A model generated the notes under the pieces. It worked only from the letters and a program-made list of their open reading frames with translations, was not told the DNA's origin and did no database searches. Below are positions 46,261-60,492 of a stretch of 64,000 bases of DNA, piece by piece (within the stretch, counting starts at the first letter, position 1; every line of letters starts with the position of its first letter). The stretch is from Phyllosticta citribraziliensis (lineage: Eukaryota): contig NW_027117351.1 in the NCBI RefSeq assembly GCF_038025025.1, positions 186,001 to 250,000 on the forward strand, in the 5' to 3' direction. The position numbers and the translations under genes were made by a program.

Positions 46261-48029
46261 GGGACGGTGGGGGGCTCACGAAGTGTGGATACGATGACGC
46301 AGTTACGAGATGGGATCGGTGACGATGCGATGGACTGGTGGTGCCGAAAGGCAGACCGGAAAAGTTCAAAAGCGTCCTCTCTTTTTATAACGGCCGGGGC
46401 TTCACGGCTGACACACGCACACGCGGGGAGGCGGCGGTGGTGGCCTTGGCCGGCTTTGCATCATTATCCTCATGCGTTTTGACGACATGCATTACCGGAA
46501 ATTGTTTTTTGTGTTGTGCGGGGGGGCTCTGCATAATCGACTTTTTCTTCTTCTTGCGCGTTCTTGCTGCTTTTGGGTTTTGGGGGAAACGGCTTTTTGC
46601 ACCGGGACGGAGTTTGGGACGGTGTTGTGCTGCTGCTGCTGCTTCTTTCTCTTTCTCTTCTCTCTCTCTCTCTCCCGCTCTCTCTCCTCTTTGATTCCTC
46701 TTTTAATAGACAGCCTGTGTAGTACTCCCAAGAAGCGGCTACTACTCCTCGTCTTGTTGTTCCTCTAGCTGCTTGATGTGCTTTGCCCGTCGTTGCCGCC
46801 GTCTTGTCTCGTTGGTAGTAGTGATGGGATGAATGGGTGGATGAGGTGTGGTGTGGGTGGGGTGGAATGCTCAAAAGTTGCGCTCGTTTGTTTCGTTCGC
46901 GTTTGTCGATGTTGTCTTTCGACTGTTGTAGTTTTGCTTTCCTTTTGCTCTTACTGTACACGATGCAGCATTTCCATCTCTCTATTTTTCGTGCTTCGAT
47001 GGATGGACGGACGGACGGACGGGAGACGATGAGTTGAGGCAGGCAGGCACGGCAAGGGCGAGGCATATGAAGAAGCGAAGAGAAGAGAAGAGCAATTGAA
47101 TTGTGAAGCTTTGGCACCACCAGTCCACCACCTACGCCCACAATGATGGGGACGATAATTTTTTTTTTTTTTTTCCTTATCCCGCCCGCGGCGCGTGGCC
47201 GGCCGCTCGTCTTGTCTTGGCTGCATGTAGAAGAGAAAATAGCAAAAACATGGAATGGGGCTTGGTTCATGTAGTATGCGATGGTTTTCTGCTCGTCTGC
47301 TCTGCTCTGGTCTCTGCTTTTCTCGTGAGTGACGTGCTTGTGACGCGACTCGGCTGCTATCTACGGTGTTGTGGTGTTGCACCTCCCCATGACCCCACGC
47401 CACCCTCCCTCGTCCATGCAGAGGAAAAATTCCCCACCGCCCGCCGCCGACCCGCTGCCATGATCCCTGCGCGCGCCGGGCAGCCAATGATGGATTGAGA
47501 CGGTTGACGGTCGACGCGTCTTCCCTCCCCGACCTTCCCGACCTCTCGACCTGTACCCTCTCTCCCGTCGTGCCGTCCGTCTCCGCGTCTCGCCTCTGGC
47601 TCCGCTTCGCCATCGTCGCGACGCAGCGCAGCGCTTCACCGCCACCGCCGACCGATTGAACGAGTGGACGAACGGAGAGCTGTCTGTCGCCGCCGCGTTT
47701 TTTGCTCGCTTGATTACCTTACCCAGGGTGTTTTGTGTGGAGCTGCGCGTCGCGTCGTCATAGGTGGTTGACCGCTTTTTTTCTTTTTTTCTTTTTTTTT
47801 TTTTTTTTTTGCGCGGGGTTATAGAAGGGAAGAGGGGGGGAGAAGAGAAGAGAAGGGACAGCGCAATTGAACGTCCGTCTCTACAGGTAGAGGCACAGCA
47901 CGGTAAGGAAGTCGGCCGCTACGACTGCAGCAGCATCCTCCGCTAACATGACCAACGATGCCAGCGCACCCACCACAACCTCACAACCTCACCTCACCTC
48001 ACCACACCACGCAAACCCGCCCGCCCACG

Positions 48030-49167
<1,138 letters not shown>

Positions 49168-49310
49168 CTGTCTGTGTCCGCGGGTGGAGAATAAAGGGAT
49201 AGCGTTGGCTTGTTTGGTGTGGTCTACGTGCGCATTGTACATTGCCTTGATATCTATTCCACCACCTGTCCACCTCCCCTCCTCCATCCCACGCCCCCAC
49301 CCCTATCTCG

Positions 49311-52300
49311 TTACCACACCCTAGCAAACTCCACACGCCGATCTCTCAAGCTCGAATTCAAGTTCGTGCTCAAATTCAAACGCACGTCCCGCGGCCGCCG
49401 CCACCCCACCAGCTCTTCGACCTTGGTATCTGTATGCGCGCCGGCATCAGACGCCGTCTTCTGCCCCTCGTACACCACCAGCGCCAGCCACACGGCGTCG
49501 GCGTTGCGCTGTTCGAATGCCGCGAGTACGGCTGCGGCTGCTTCATTGGTGTTGTCTTTGGCAGCGACGAGCAACGGCAGCAGCAGCGCGAGCGCCTGGT
49601 CGAACGCGCGGTCAGAGATGGAGACGTGCGCGACGATGGCGGCGAAGAGGCGAGTCAGCGCGGCGCGGATGATGCGCGAGGGGGCGGTGGTGTAGAGCGT
49701 GGTTTGCTGTGCTGGTTGTGGCGGTGCGGGAGACGAAGGAGAGGGAGAGGGAGAGGGAGACGAGGAGGAAAGGGGTTTGGGGCGAGAAGGCAGTGAGAGC
49801 ATGGATGGCTTGTTTGATGCTGATGTTGACGATGATGCTCTACTTGCCGCCGACGACGACGACGCGCCGCCCGTCTCGTACAGACGCAGCAAGTCCCTCC
49901 ACACGGCGTCGACGCGGCCGCGCATGAAGTCGCCGCCGTGCGCGCACATGATGGCCATGACGTCGCAGGCGCCCTCGACGACGTACGCCTCCCGGTCGGC
50001 GAGGCGCGGGACGAGCGTCGGCCAGAGCGTGTTGACGAGCGGGAGGAACGTGTTTTCGTGCTTGGCGAGCGGCGGCAGCGTGGTGCTGAGGAGGGAGAGC
50101 AGCGAGGTGCGCAATGTTGGCGAAGGGGAGGACAGGTAGTGTTGGGTGAGAGAGGTGATTTTGAGGAGGAGCGCGTAGGTGGCGGGGGCGGGCGGGGGCG
50201 GGTCTGGTGCTGATGGTGGAGCTGGTCCTTCTTCTTCTTGTTCGTCTTCGTCGTCGATTTCTTCGATCAGAGAGCTTTTGCCCTTGTCGGCGTCCTTCCA
50301 AGGTGCTCGTGGGAACTCTGCTTTACCCAGCTCAACGGGATCGTCTTGCTTTGCCTCCCTCACCTGCAAGTCGTCGAGAACGGCGAGGACGTCCTGGATG
50401 CTGGTCATCTGCTCAACATGTGCATCCGACACTTGGCCGGATGTAATGGCGAGCTGCGGCGTCTTGACGCCCTCGTCCGCAATGCCCCTGAGCACCCGAA
50501 ACAGCAGCTCCACCAACCGCGGATACCCGTGGAAGCTCTCGAGAGCCGCAAAGATGCTGCCGACGAGATCGTCGAGATACGGCAGCAAGCTGGGCCCGCT
50601 CAGTTTGATCATCATGAGCAGCACCTGCGGCGCCTGCGGGCTGATGTCGAACGTGTTGAGCTTGAGCGCCACGGCGTTGACGAGGTAGTCGACGTTCTCG
50701 ACAATCAGCGCGCTGACTGAGCTGTAGCCGCACGCCGCGGCGATGATGTTGAGTGCCGTGGCGGCGTGGGAACGCAGGTTCGAGTGAGATGAGCCGACGA
50801 GGTGGACGATGGGGTAGAGGGCGTCGACGAGCTCGATGCGAAACTCGTCTCTGAGCTTTTGCGCTTGGAACGCTATCGTCTCGAGCGCAAGCGCTTGGAT
50901 CCGCCAGTCGTGTGGTGCTTCGACGTGGTGTTGTTGGAGCGTGTCCAGCGAAAACGAGTACAGTTCCTCCAGGAGCTCCTCGTGCGGAGACATGGCGCCG
51001 TCGTCTATGGCGAGGAAATCGTTCAATATCGAGTCTTGTCGGTTTTCGGAGCGGAGGAGCTGCAGAGCAGTCCAGAAGCTGGCTATCTGCTGCGCGCCCC
51101 GGGATAAGTGTAGGGTTTCCACGAGCTCCCTTGCTGCCGTCGAGGACGATTTGGACATGCTCACGTTTTCAACAAGCCGTCTCAAGTCTGCCGCAATGGC
51201 TCGCTGGGATTCGTTTTCGTACAGTATCTGTTCAAACTCGAGAGAAGCTCCAGGAGCTGTTGACGCAATCAAGTCCATTGAGGGAGCCACCGTGCTTGTC
51301 TCGACAATCTCCTTCTTCTTAGACGACTCCAAAAGTGCTGTTGAGATGCCATCGCGCAGATTCAGTGCCAATGTGCGATCAACAAGTCCCAGATCGACTC
51401 CAAGTTCGGAAAGCAGGTGGTAAGCCGTCGAGATTTGTTTGATAGTCGTCCGCTTTACACTCTCGTCAGAACTCGTCATCACCCTGGGCAGGGAAATGGC
51501 CCAATTGTGAATCGCCGACCTCAACAGCCCAACAAATTTAGGGTCGGCCAGGAGGACGTGGCGCACAGTACTCGTCGCTTTAGAGTCTCCATCCGCACCG
51601 CAAAGGACGACCATGGTCTCAACCACCATCGCAGCCGAGTCCTTGAGGGATGTTTTGCAATCCTGCAGCACAACCAGGCAAAGATCTAGCAGCGCATGGC
51701 GAACCTCGCTTCGCTCGTGGTGTCGAATGCGAATGACATTGGCCAAAGCCTTTTTGATCCAAGATGCTGTTGCTTGGAGCCAGGATTGATTGAGCTGCTT
51801 TCCTGACTCGCCCGTTTCGGTGGTCGAGGGTAGGTTCTCTGTGAATTCGTCGGCCAACACGGTTTTGAACAGGTGCGAGAGGGTTTGGAGCGAGCGTTGA
51901 AACGTCTTGTAAGAGCGGCGCTGTTGCGTGGAAGGGACCAGGACAGTCGAAAGTGTCGAGACAATTTTGGGCATGATGCTGGCCAGGGCATCGCGGTCCT
52001 GAACGGCGACACAACAGGCAAATAAGGCGTTGGAAGCAGCAACCTGGACGTTGGTTGATGGTCCGTTTTGGATGCCTTCTAGAATGACCATGACGGAGTG
52101 GCCTAGAGGACCCATGTTCTTGACATCAGTCAAGGACTTTCGGGCCAAGTCATTTTCTCTGTAGTTGGTGAATAGCTGATCAAGGCACCGAAAGGCCGCG
52201 GTTTGCAACTCCTCGGATGAGTTGGTGGCCTTCTGCCCCGGAGAGCCGCCCGCGAAGCCGGTGGCCAGTAGAAGAATCTGGTGGCTCAAATCTGGATTCA

Positions 52301-52649
52301 TGTTTGACCGCCAGCCTGATAGGAGAAGCACGGTGATGCACTCGAGCGTCAGCTCCACGGCGGCGGCTGGGAGCTTTTCCCGCTCGCGCAAGACATACGA
52401 CAAGGGGAAAAAGACATAGTCGGTGAGCTTGGCATCTAATGCGTCGGGGGTAGAGGCTGCCTCGCGGAGAGCAACCAGCAGATTGGAGAGACGGCCGACG
52501 ACTTGCTTTGGGTTTCCGTTGTTGGCTGCTAATTCGAGGACAGCTTGCGAAAGTTGTACGCAGTGAGGCTTGAGCTGTAGAGTGTTAGATGCAAGTTTTC
52601 ATTGAATATTCTTTCTTACTAGATGGAAAATTTGCTGCCGGCGCTCCAT
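49311..52649 (-). CDS. TTI1: TEL2-interacting protein 1 (TTT complex HEAT/ARM-repeat subunit)
   Basis: Exon 1 MERRQQIFHL, intron 52575-52619, then LKPHCVQLSQ...DYVFFPLS. Also 'LIVENVDYLVNAVALKL', 'LPYLDDLV', 'GGDFMRGRV', typical of Tti1. Confidence 0.85.
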
Positions 52650-53093
52650 GCTCCAAGATGGGAAATGCCAAGTGAGTAGATGGCAAAGATGCCCACCCAA
52701 GGAAACGGGTGATCAAATGCGTTGATCTTGGTCGTCACGCGAGCGAGAGATATTGTGCCGACGATACCATGTCAGAAACAAAGTGCTGCTGGCTTGTGTC
52801 TGGTCGCTTTGATTCCGACTGAGGTTGTGGTGACGATGGTGGTCTGGACAGACTCGGCCCGGCCGGTCAGAGCTCCTCCCATGGCATGCCGCCCGAGTCG
52901 GAGCGCGTCCCGTCGCCTGAAAGTCGACCACCAACGCGTTACAATCTCCCTCCACCCCGCTCCTCACCAACGCGCGTCCACACCTCCACCCGCGCTCGAC
53001 ACATCTCCCCATCGGATCGCTTTCGCTGCCCCGGATCCATCTCCCCGATTGCGCTGCGGCGCCTCCGTTCGCGACTCGTCAATAACGCGCAAC

Positions 53094-56000
53094 ATGCCTG
53101 GAACCCGCAGTCGCGCGAGCGCCGCTGCCCCCGCCGTCGCCGAAGAGCCCGAAGAGCACGACGAGACCAACGGCTTGCATTTCAAAGAAGCCCTGACATG
53201 GCGCGCTGGAAGGCCCATCCCAGTCGCAGACTTGCTGCGAAGGCTGCAAGCCTTGTCGCAAGAGCTGCGGGGTCTCGATCAGGAAGAGGTTGAGAGGGAG
53301 TCGCTTATACCTGTTGCCAGACAGCTGGCCTCGCCAAACCTCCTAGGACACAAGGACCGAGGAGTGAGAGCTTGGACAGCATGCTGTCTAGTCGACATGT
53401 TCAAGCTGTGTGCTCCGGACGCGCCCTACACCAGTCCACAGCTAAAGGTACGATGCGTTGAGCCAACCTCGAGCGCGTGCTGACCACGTTCCGCCAGGAT
53501 ATATTCACAATGATCATCAACACCATTATACCCGCGCTTTCCGATCCGTCCAGTCCATACAACGCCCAGCACGTTTACGTCCTCAAATCGCTCGCCGAAG
53601 TCAAAAGCATCGTCCTCGTCACCGATATTCCATCCGCCAATGACCTAATACTCGCGCTATGCACAGCTTGCTTTGATGTGCTATCACAGCCCTCCAAGTC
53701 CGACTCAGGGGAAGAGCTGAGCAAGAATGTTGAGCATTACATGACGAAGCTCTTGATCGTATTGGTGGAAGAGGCACATAGCTTGCCGGCCGAAGTCGTG
53801 GACGTCATTCTCGCCCAGTTCCTCCGCGCGGATCCACGTGTATTGTCGGGTGGTAGCAAAAGCAAAAAGGGCGCACAGTTTGACGAAAGGCAGTCGACTC
53901 TGTTGCTCAAGGAAGCTCCTCCGGCGTACAACATGGCCATGAACATTTGCAATTCGCTCCCGGATAGAATGGCGAGGTTCGTAAGCCAATACTTTAGCTC
54001 CGTCATTGTGGACGCAACTTCGGTGCCGGCCCCTCAAAAGACGAAAAATCGCTCAAAGCGGATGAGCAGTGTTGGGGCAGACTCGGACGATGAGGCACCA
54101 CGACAACCTACCGAGGACGACCTCAACGAAAGTAGAAAGGTACACCGGCTACTTCGCGAGCTCTGGAGATCATCCCCCCTTGTGCTGCAAGACATTATTC
54201 CACAACTCGAGGCCGAACTGGGCGCCGAAGACGTCCAGCTCAGAACCCTTGCGACGGAAACTCTAGGAGACATTATTTCGGGAATAGGCGCTGCTGGTCC
54301 ACCTCCCCCGCCGACTTATAACCCTTCAGCATATCCGTCTCAGAGCCTTTCTCCGCCTTCAGAGCGTCTACCCGTCTACAACTTCCTCACGACGCCAACG
54401 TCCCCCCACTCCTTCGCTTCCAGCCACCACCAGGCGTACGAAAGCTTCCTCAGCCGCCGCAACGACAAGTCGCCTGCGATCCGCGCAGCGTGGACTACTG
54501 CCATTGGTCGGATCCTCTCGACCAACGCAGGAGGGGTTGGTCTGGATCCGGAAGACCAGCAGAGACTGCTGAAGCTATTCGGTGAGATGCTTGTCGATGG
54601 TGATGAGCGCGTTCGCCTGGCTGCTGTCAAGTCTGTTGAACGATTCGGTTACCACGATATCGTTCAGAAACTCGGCATCAGGGGCGGCGCATCAGAGCAG
54701 GGATCTATCCTCAGCAATCTCGCGGACAGGGTCAAAGATCGCAAACCCGCCGTGCGCACCGAGGCTACCAAACTTTTGGGCAAAATATGGGGTGTCGCAG
54801 CAGGGGCGATTGCCGAAGGCAGTGAAAGAGTAGGCCAGCTGTTGGGCCCCATTCCATCCCGTGTTCTCGATGCCTATTTCTTGAACGAACAAGACCTCAA
54901 TGTTCTCATTGATCGCATCCTTTACGAAGAACTTCTCCCATTATCATATCCCGACACCAAGAGAAAGCGCGCAAGGGAAAGCCAGGCAAACGGAGACGCT
55001 GAGCACACCGAGGCAGACGTGGACAAAATTCGCGTCGAGCGCATTCTTGTTCTCATCAGAGATTTGGTTCCGCGGTCGAAGCTTGTCCTCTTTTCGAAAC
55101 AAACGCACCAGGTCGCACTCGCAAAGTACATGGACGCGCTGCTGAAAAAGTGCGAAGAGTTCAACGGCGGTGTCATGGAATCAGGCTCGAAGGAAATCAA
55201 GCAAAACTTGGGCAAGCTCATCGACTATCACGCCAGGACGCTCCCAGAAGCCTCTCGAGCCTCTGAGGACTTGTGGAAATTTGCAAAGATGCATGACCGC
55301 CGCTGCTATGCGCTCATCCGTTTTTGCATCGCCCCCGACAGTGATTACCGCAGGGTCCGCAATTCAATTGTAGGTCGACAACTGTTTCCGATCGTCCACC
55401 GCTAACTGCCCACAGAAAGAGCTTACGAAGCGGATTGAAGAGGCCACCGGCTCCACGGCTACACTGCTGGAAACCCTCATCCCTCTCGTCTACCGTTCCA
55501 GCATCCTCCTCTACAACAAAAACCACGTACCTGCCATTATTGAATTCTCGAGAACCGATGAAAAGGGATTGGCCGGCACGGCCCATGAAGTCCTCAAGGA
55601 GATTTCGTCCAGGAATCCCGACGTCTTTCGAGGCTACGCCGAAGAGCTGTGCAAGGCCCTGGAGAGCGAGGCACCGACGGCGAAAAAGCCCAATCGACCC
55701 GGCGCCGTCGATGATCTCAAGGCGTGCGCAGGCTTCGCCAGACGATTTCCCAAAGACGTGCCGACGGACCGCAAATTCATCAAAGCGATGCTCAGCTTTG
55801 CTCAATTCGGCTCACCCCCGAAGGCGGCCAAATATGGAGTGTCAATCATCATGGCCAGCACGGACAAGAAGGAAATGCACGCGCGCGACCTGTTGAAGCA
55901 ATGCACAGAAGGGTTTGAGTATGGAAAAGGCAATTACCTGGCACGGCTTGCAGCTCTAAGTCAGCTCATGCTGCTCGGCTCAAAGGCCATAGAGGACGAG

Positions 56001-57648
56001 ATCGACCCGGTCATCGACATTGCCATTGACGGAGTTCTTCTTAGATCTACGCCGGCTGATCCACAGCAAAACCCTGACTGGACAGACGAACCTGACGAGG
56101 ACTGCGCCGCTAAAATGTGGGCGCTTAAGATCCTGGTCAACCGCCTGCGCGGGCTAAGCGACGACGAATCAATCAATCAAGTCTCGGAGCCCGTGTACAG
56201 ACTCCTCAACACCCTCGTCAGCAAGCACGGCGAGCTCTCCAGAAAGATTGAATCGCCCGCTGCGCAAAAATCCCGGCTCCGGCTACTTGCTTCCGAGCTG
56301 CTCCTCAAACTGTGCTGCAAAAAGCGTTTTGACGCTCTCCTCAGTCCCAGGGACTTTAATGAGCTCGCCACCGTCATTCAGGACCCACACGTAAAGGTCA
56401 GGGATGGCTTTGTTCGCAAGCTGATGAAGTACCTTGGTCAAGACAGGCTGCCCCGACGCTTCTACACGATTGTGTTCCTGGGTGCTTTTGAGCCAGAGCC
56501 GCGCATTAAGAACGGCACCTTTACATGGATCAAGGCACGGCACGCGGCGTTTGGAAAGGCGACCGACCACGAACCCGTACTGGAAAACAGCTTCGCTCGA
56601 TTCTTGAGTTTGCTGGCACATCATCCAGACTTCGACACCGAGGTGGAGAATTTGCGGGACGTCGTCACATACCTGCTTTTCTATCTCAAGGCCGTGGCGA
56701 ATGAGGACAGCATCTCCCTCATCTACCACCAAGCCCAACGGGTAAAGGCGGTGGAGGATGCGATTGACCCTGCTCGAAGCGAAAGTCTCTACGTTTTGAG
56801 CGACCTGGCCCAAGCCGTCATTCAAAGATACCGGGACTTGTTCGGGTGGAATATCCAGGCCGTGCCCAAAAAGGCACGGATGCCGGCCGATGTGTTCGCC
56901 AATCTTCCAAGCCACGAACGTGCGCAAGAGATTGCCGAAAAGCAGCATGTCCCAGAAGAGCTAGTGGATGAGCTGGACGATCTGGTCCGAGCTGCCGTCA
57001 AAGGTCGCAAGGTGAGTTTTGCTCTGGGGTGATCCGGGGTTCCTGACTGACTGTTTCCAGCGCAAGTCCGAGACCACCGGCGAGCAGCGGGAAAAGAAAC
57101 GCGCCAGAGCTTCATCTACGTTGCCAAGTCGCAAAGCCCCGAAAGCTTCCAAAATAGCCAAGACGCCGAAGAAGAGGAAGGAGCACCTCTCGGATAACAT
57201 TCCGTCGAGTGAGAGGCGTCGCAGCGGGCGGAATCTCGGCGGCCGAAATTACGCAGAATCCAGTCACGACGAAGACGAGGCAATGGACGATGCGGGAGAC
57301 GAAGGAAATCAGAGTGAGGAGGAGAGTGTGCAGGAGGATGGGCCGGTCGAGGAGGAGGCCGAGCACCAAAGCGACGAGGATGACGGCGAGCAAGAGGCTC
57401 CACCGCCCCCGACTCCCAAGAGCACGCGAGGAAAATCGAAGCCGCCCGCGAAGAGCGCAGCACCAGCGCCAAAAGAGAAGAAGGCTCCTCCTCCGCCCAA
57501 GCCGGCGAAGTCGAAGACCAACGGAGCAACGCCCACCCGGAGAAGCACAAGGGGCAAACCACCGCCACAACAGGCGGACGATGCGGCGTCCGATGATGAT
57601 GACGATGAAGCACTCTCTGACCCGCCGGATTCAGAGGAGGACGAGTAG
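53094..57648 (+). CDS. PDS5: Sister chromatid cohesion protein Pds5 (BimD/Spo76)
   Basis: 'LLGHKDRGVRAWTACCLVDMFKLCAPDAPY', 'LAEVKSIVL', 'FARFLSLLAHHPDF', 'LYVLSDLAQ'; basic/acidic C-tail. Introns near 53448, 55369 and 57012. Confidence 0.93.
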
Positions 57649-58187
57649 GGGTAGTTAACAAGCGGCTTTTGAAAGCAGGACGTCGGCATTTATTGGAAGG
57701 TTTTTTTTCAGTTGTATCTTGTCAAATCCGGGGCCGCTGCGGTTTGAAGTGAAGGCTCAATGACATTGTTGTGCCGTTGCGGCGCGGTGGATTTTTCCCT
57801 TTTTTTTAGTCTCGTTTCTTTTTCCCTTTTCCTTTTTTTGACAAAATGCATACCCTTCCTGTGCGTACCTGGTAGGTGGGAGGAGGAGGCGGCGGCGCCC
57901 GGCCTGTGTGCCGTGCTATTCGAGAAAGAAAATAGTCCGCCATGTTTTAATATGGCCGTTCATGCGCTCTCGGCTCCGTCGTTTTTCCCAGTGATGGCGA
58001 GATGTCAGTCGTTCGTCCGCGGGTCTGTCGCCTGTTGCGCATTTCGTTTTCAATCTTTGGTCGTGCCGTTTGCACGCACGCACGTTTGGGAGGAGAGCGG
58101 AACAGGAGCGCGTCGTGACAGATGAGAGATGGAAGAGAAGGAAAAAGAAAGTCAAGATCTTCAGGCGGCGGATCTGCCGACGATGAC

Positions 58188-58220
58188 TGCTGCTGCTGCT
58201 GCTGCTGCTGCGGTCTGACC

Positions 58221-58261
<41 letters not shown>
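58188..58261 (+). repeat. Compound microsatellite (TGC)8 ... (CAGG)9
   Basis: Direct reading; more (GCA)n/(GCC)n tracts follow at 58386-58433. Confidence 0.9.
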
Positions 58262-60492
58262 ACTACACAGGAGAGCCATCGGGATTTTTCCTGTACCACA
58301 CGCGGCGGTTGTTGGAAATGTCAGACGGCATGTTCAGCTCCCCAAACCACGGTTAGGATGGCTGCTGTCATGCAGCATCAGCATGAGCAGCAGCAGCAGC
58401 AGCAGCAAACCGCGCCGCCGCCGCCGCCGCCGCCACCATGGGCGCCGCCGAATTTCCACGCTGTGCTGTGCACGTTCCCCTCGTCGTTCTCTGGGCCTGT
58501 CTGTCCGAGGAAGCAGCGTCATCATCATCAGCCACCGGGGAGGTGACAAAGCGCACAGTAAGCTAGGCAGGCAGTGAGTGAACGGCAGCTGGCTGTCTGC
58601 GGAGAAAAAGAAAAAGAGAGGGGAGGAATTGGAGCACTGACGTTGGTTTTGCCTTGGTCAGGTCGGGCCTCGCATCAGCTAAGATTTCTTGAGCTTGGGC
58701 TTGTTCGGTGCGCCTTCTAGAAGCTGAGGCGAGGCGAGGCGAGGCGAGGTTGCACGGGCGGCGGCGGCGGCGGCGGCATGGCATGGCAGGACATGGCAGG
58801 GCGTGGTGGGATGCAGGGGCATGTGGCATGTGGCATATGTATGTACGTATGTGAGTAGTAGGTGGGTATGCGGGTTTGTCCTGGTAGGCATGTTATTGAC
58901 CGGAGTCGTCTTCTTCTCTTGTTTTTGGGAAAGGGAGGGATGGATTGGAACGAGTGTCTACGACTGGGATGCAGTTGAATTTTGTTTGATGGGTTGTCCT
59001 GGGGGACCGAGTAAAAGGGGTGTGTCTTCGCCGGCAGATGCAGTGATGTCATAGGTACCCCTTGCCGACAGGCCGGGTTGGTTTCTACGTAGAGAGTGTT
59101 GGAGCGAGCACATGGCATGGTACCACAGTCTACAAAATTAGGAGCGGAGGATTTGGCAGTGGTGACGGCAAGGCGAGTTTATTTGGTTGCAGAAGCGAGT
59201 ACCATGATGGCGGCCGCGCTCGTCGGATCCGGAGAGAGCCAGGTTCCGTTGATGGGCAAGGATGTCGAAGCAATTCGGTAGCCACGCGTCTAACTAGTCA
59301 CGGGTGGAAGTGAATGGCGTTTGGAGATACAATCAATCATTTTTGGAAACTTCCATGGGACAATGTAATTGGCAGGGGGTGTCACATCAAGGGGGCGCAG
59401 CCATGCTCCTCGCCATGTGGCTCACGGACCGAAAGAGGGCGGGCTGAAGAGACGCAGCAAGAAGCCAATAATGAAGAGAATCCGAGGAACGGTCCCAATA
59501 ATACGAGAAGATGGCGCAGGGGAAAAGCGACGACGACGACGAACCCTCATGGTGGCCTGACAGCCCAAAGCGGCAAACGCACGACTATTCAAGAGGCCGG
59601 ACGACAGCCACACGGTCAGACGTTGGCTGGCAGGGAGGCATCCTCGGCTCTCGCTAACGGACGTCAAGGGCCCCTGCGCTCCGTCTTGCTTTTGGCTGTC
59701 GTGCTACACCAGGCGTTGCTTTTGCAATAATCAGTCCCATCCCATGGACCGACTTTTCGCATCATCAGCACGCAGGAACCACATGGCACGTTCGCCAGGA
59801 CCGGACTGGATGGCATCTTTGTCAGGACGGCAGAGCACCCTCAGCATCCTGCACAGCACTCGCACTCGTCACGCCCGCGCCGCAGAGCCAAAATGCGACA
59901 ACACACGGCTGCAGCCCGCCCTTGGGCAAAAACGAAAGCGTCGGAATCAGCTCCAGGAGACTCCAAGACGAGGAGCAGCCCACGTGGGACAAAAAGCAAC
60001 AGCACGCGAGGGGAGATTGCAAACACATGGACGAGCTGCCGTATCACTCCTCCTACGACGACGGCTCACCTCAGTCTGTGCGCATCGCATCGCATCGCAT
60101 CCTTGCTGCATGCTGCTGCTGCTGCTGCTGCTGCTGCGTTACCTCGACGTCTGCCATCCACCAACAACTCCCTCCCTCCGTCCTGTCCCGCTCGCTACGT
60201 TTCAGCGCCTCGTCCGTCCTTTTGCCCCACGTCCGATGCTCGACAGCCACTTGCTCCGACGCAAACACGCTGCGTCCGCCGGCATGAACCGAGATATATT
60301 GGCCTGGATGCGCCCCCCGCAGCCAGACGGCACTATTTACCTCTCACTGTTGCTCAAGACGATTCCATCGGTCAACTCCCGACCTGCCTGACCTTGCTCG
60401 TACATACATCCCACACCGTACCTACATACATTCACCACCATGCCGACCAGTAACCGGGCTTTTTTAGCAACAACTCCTCGCTGATCCCCAAG

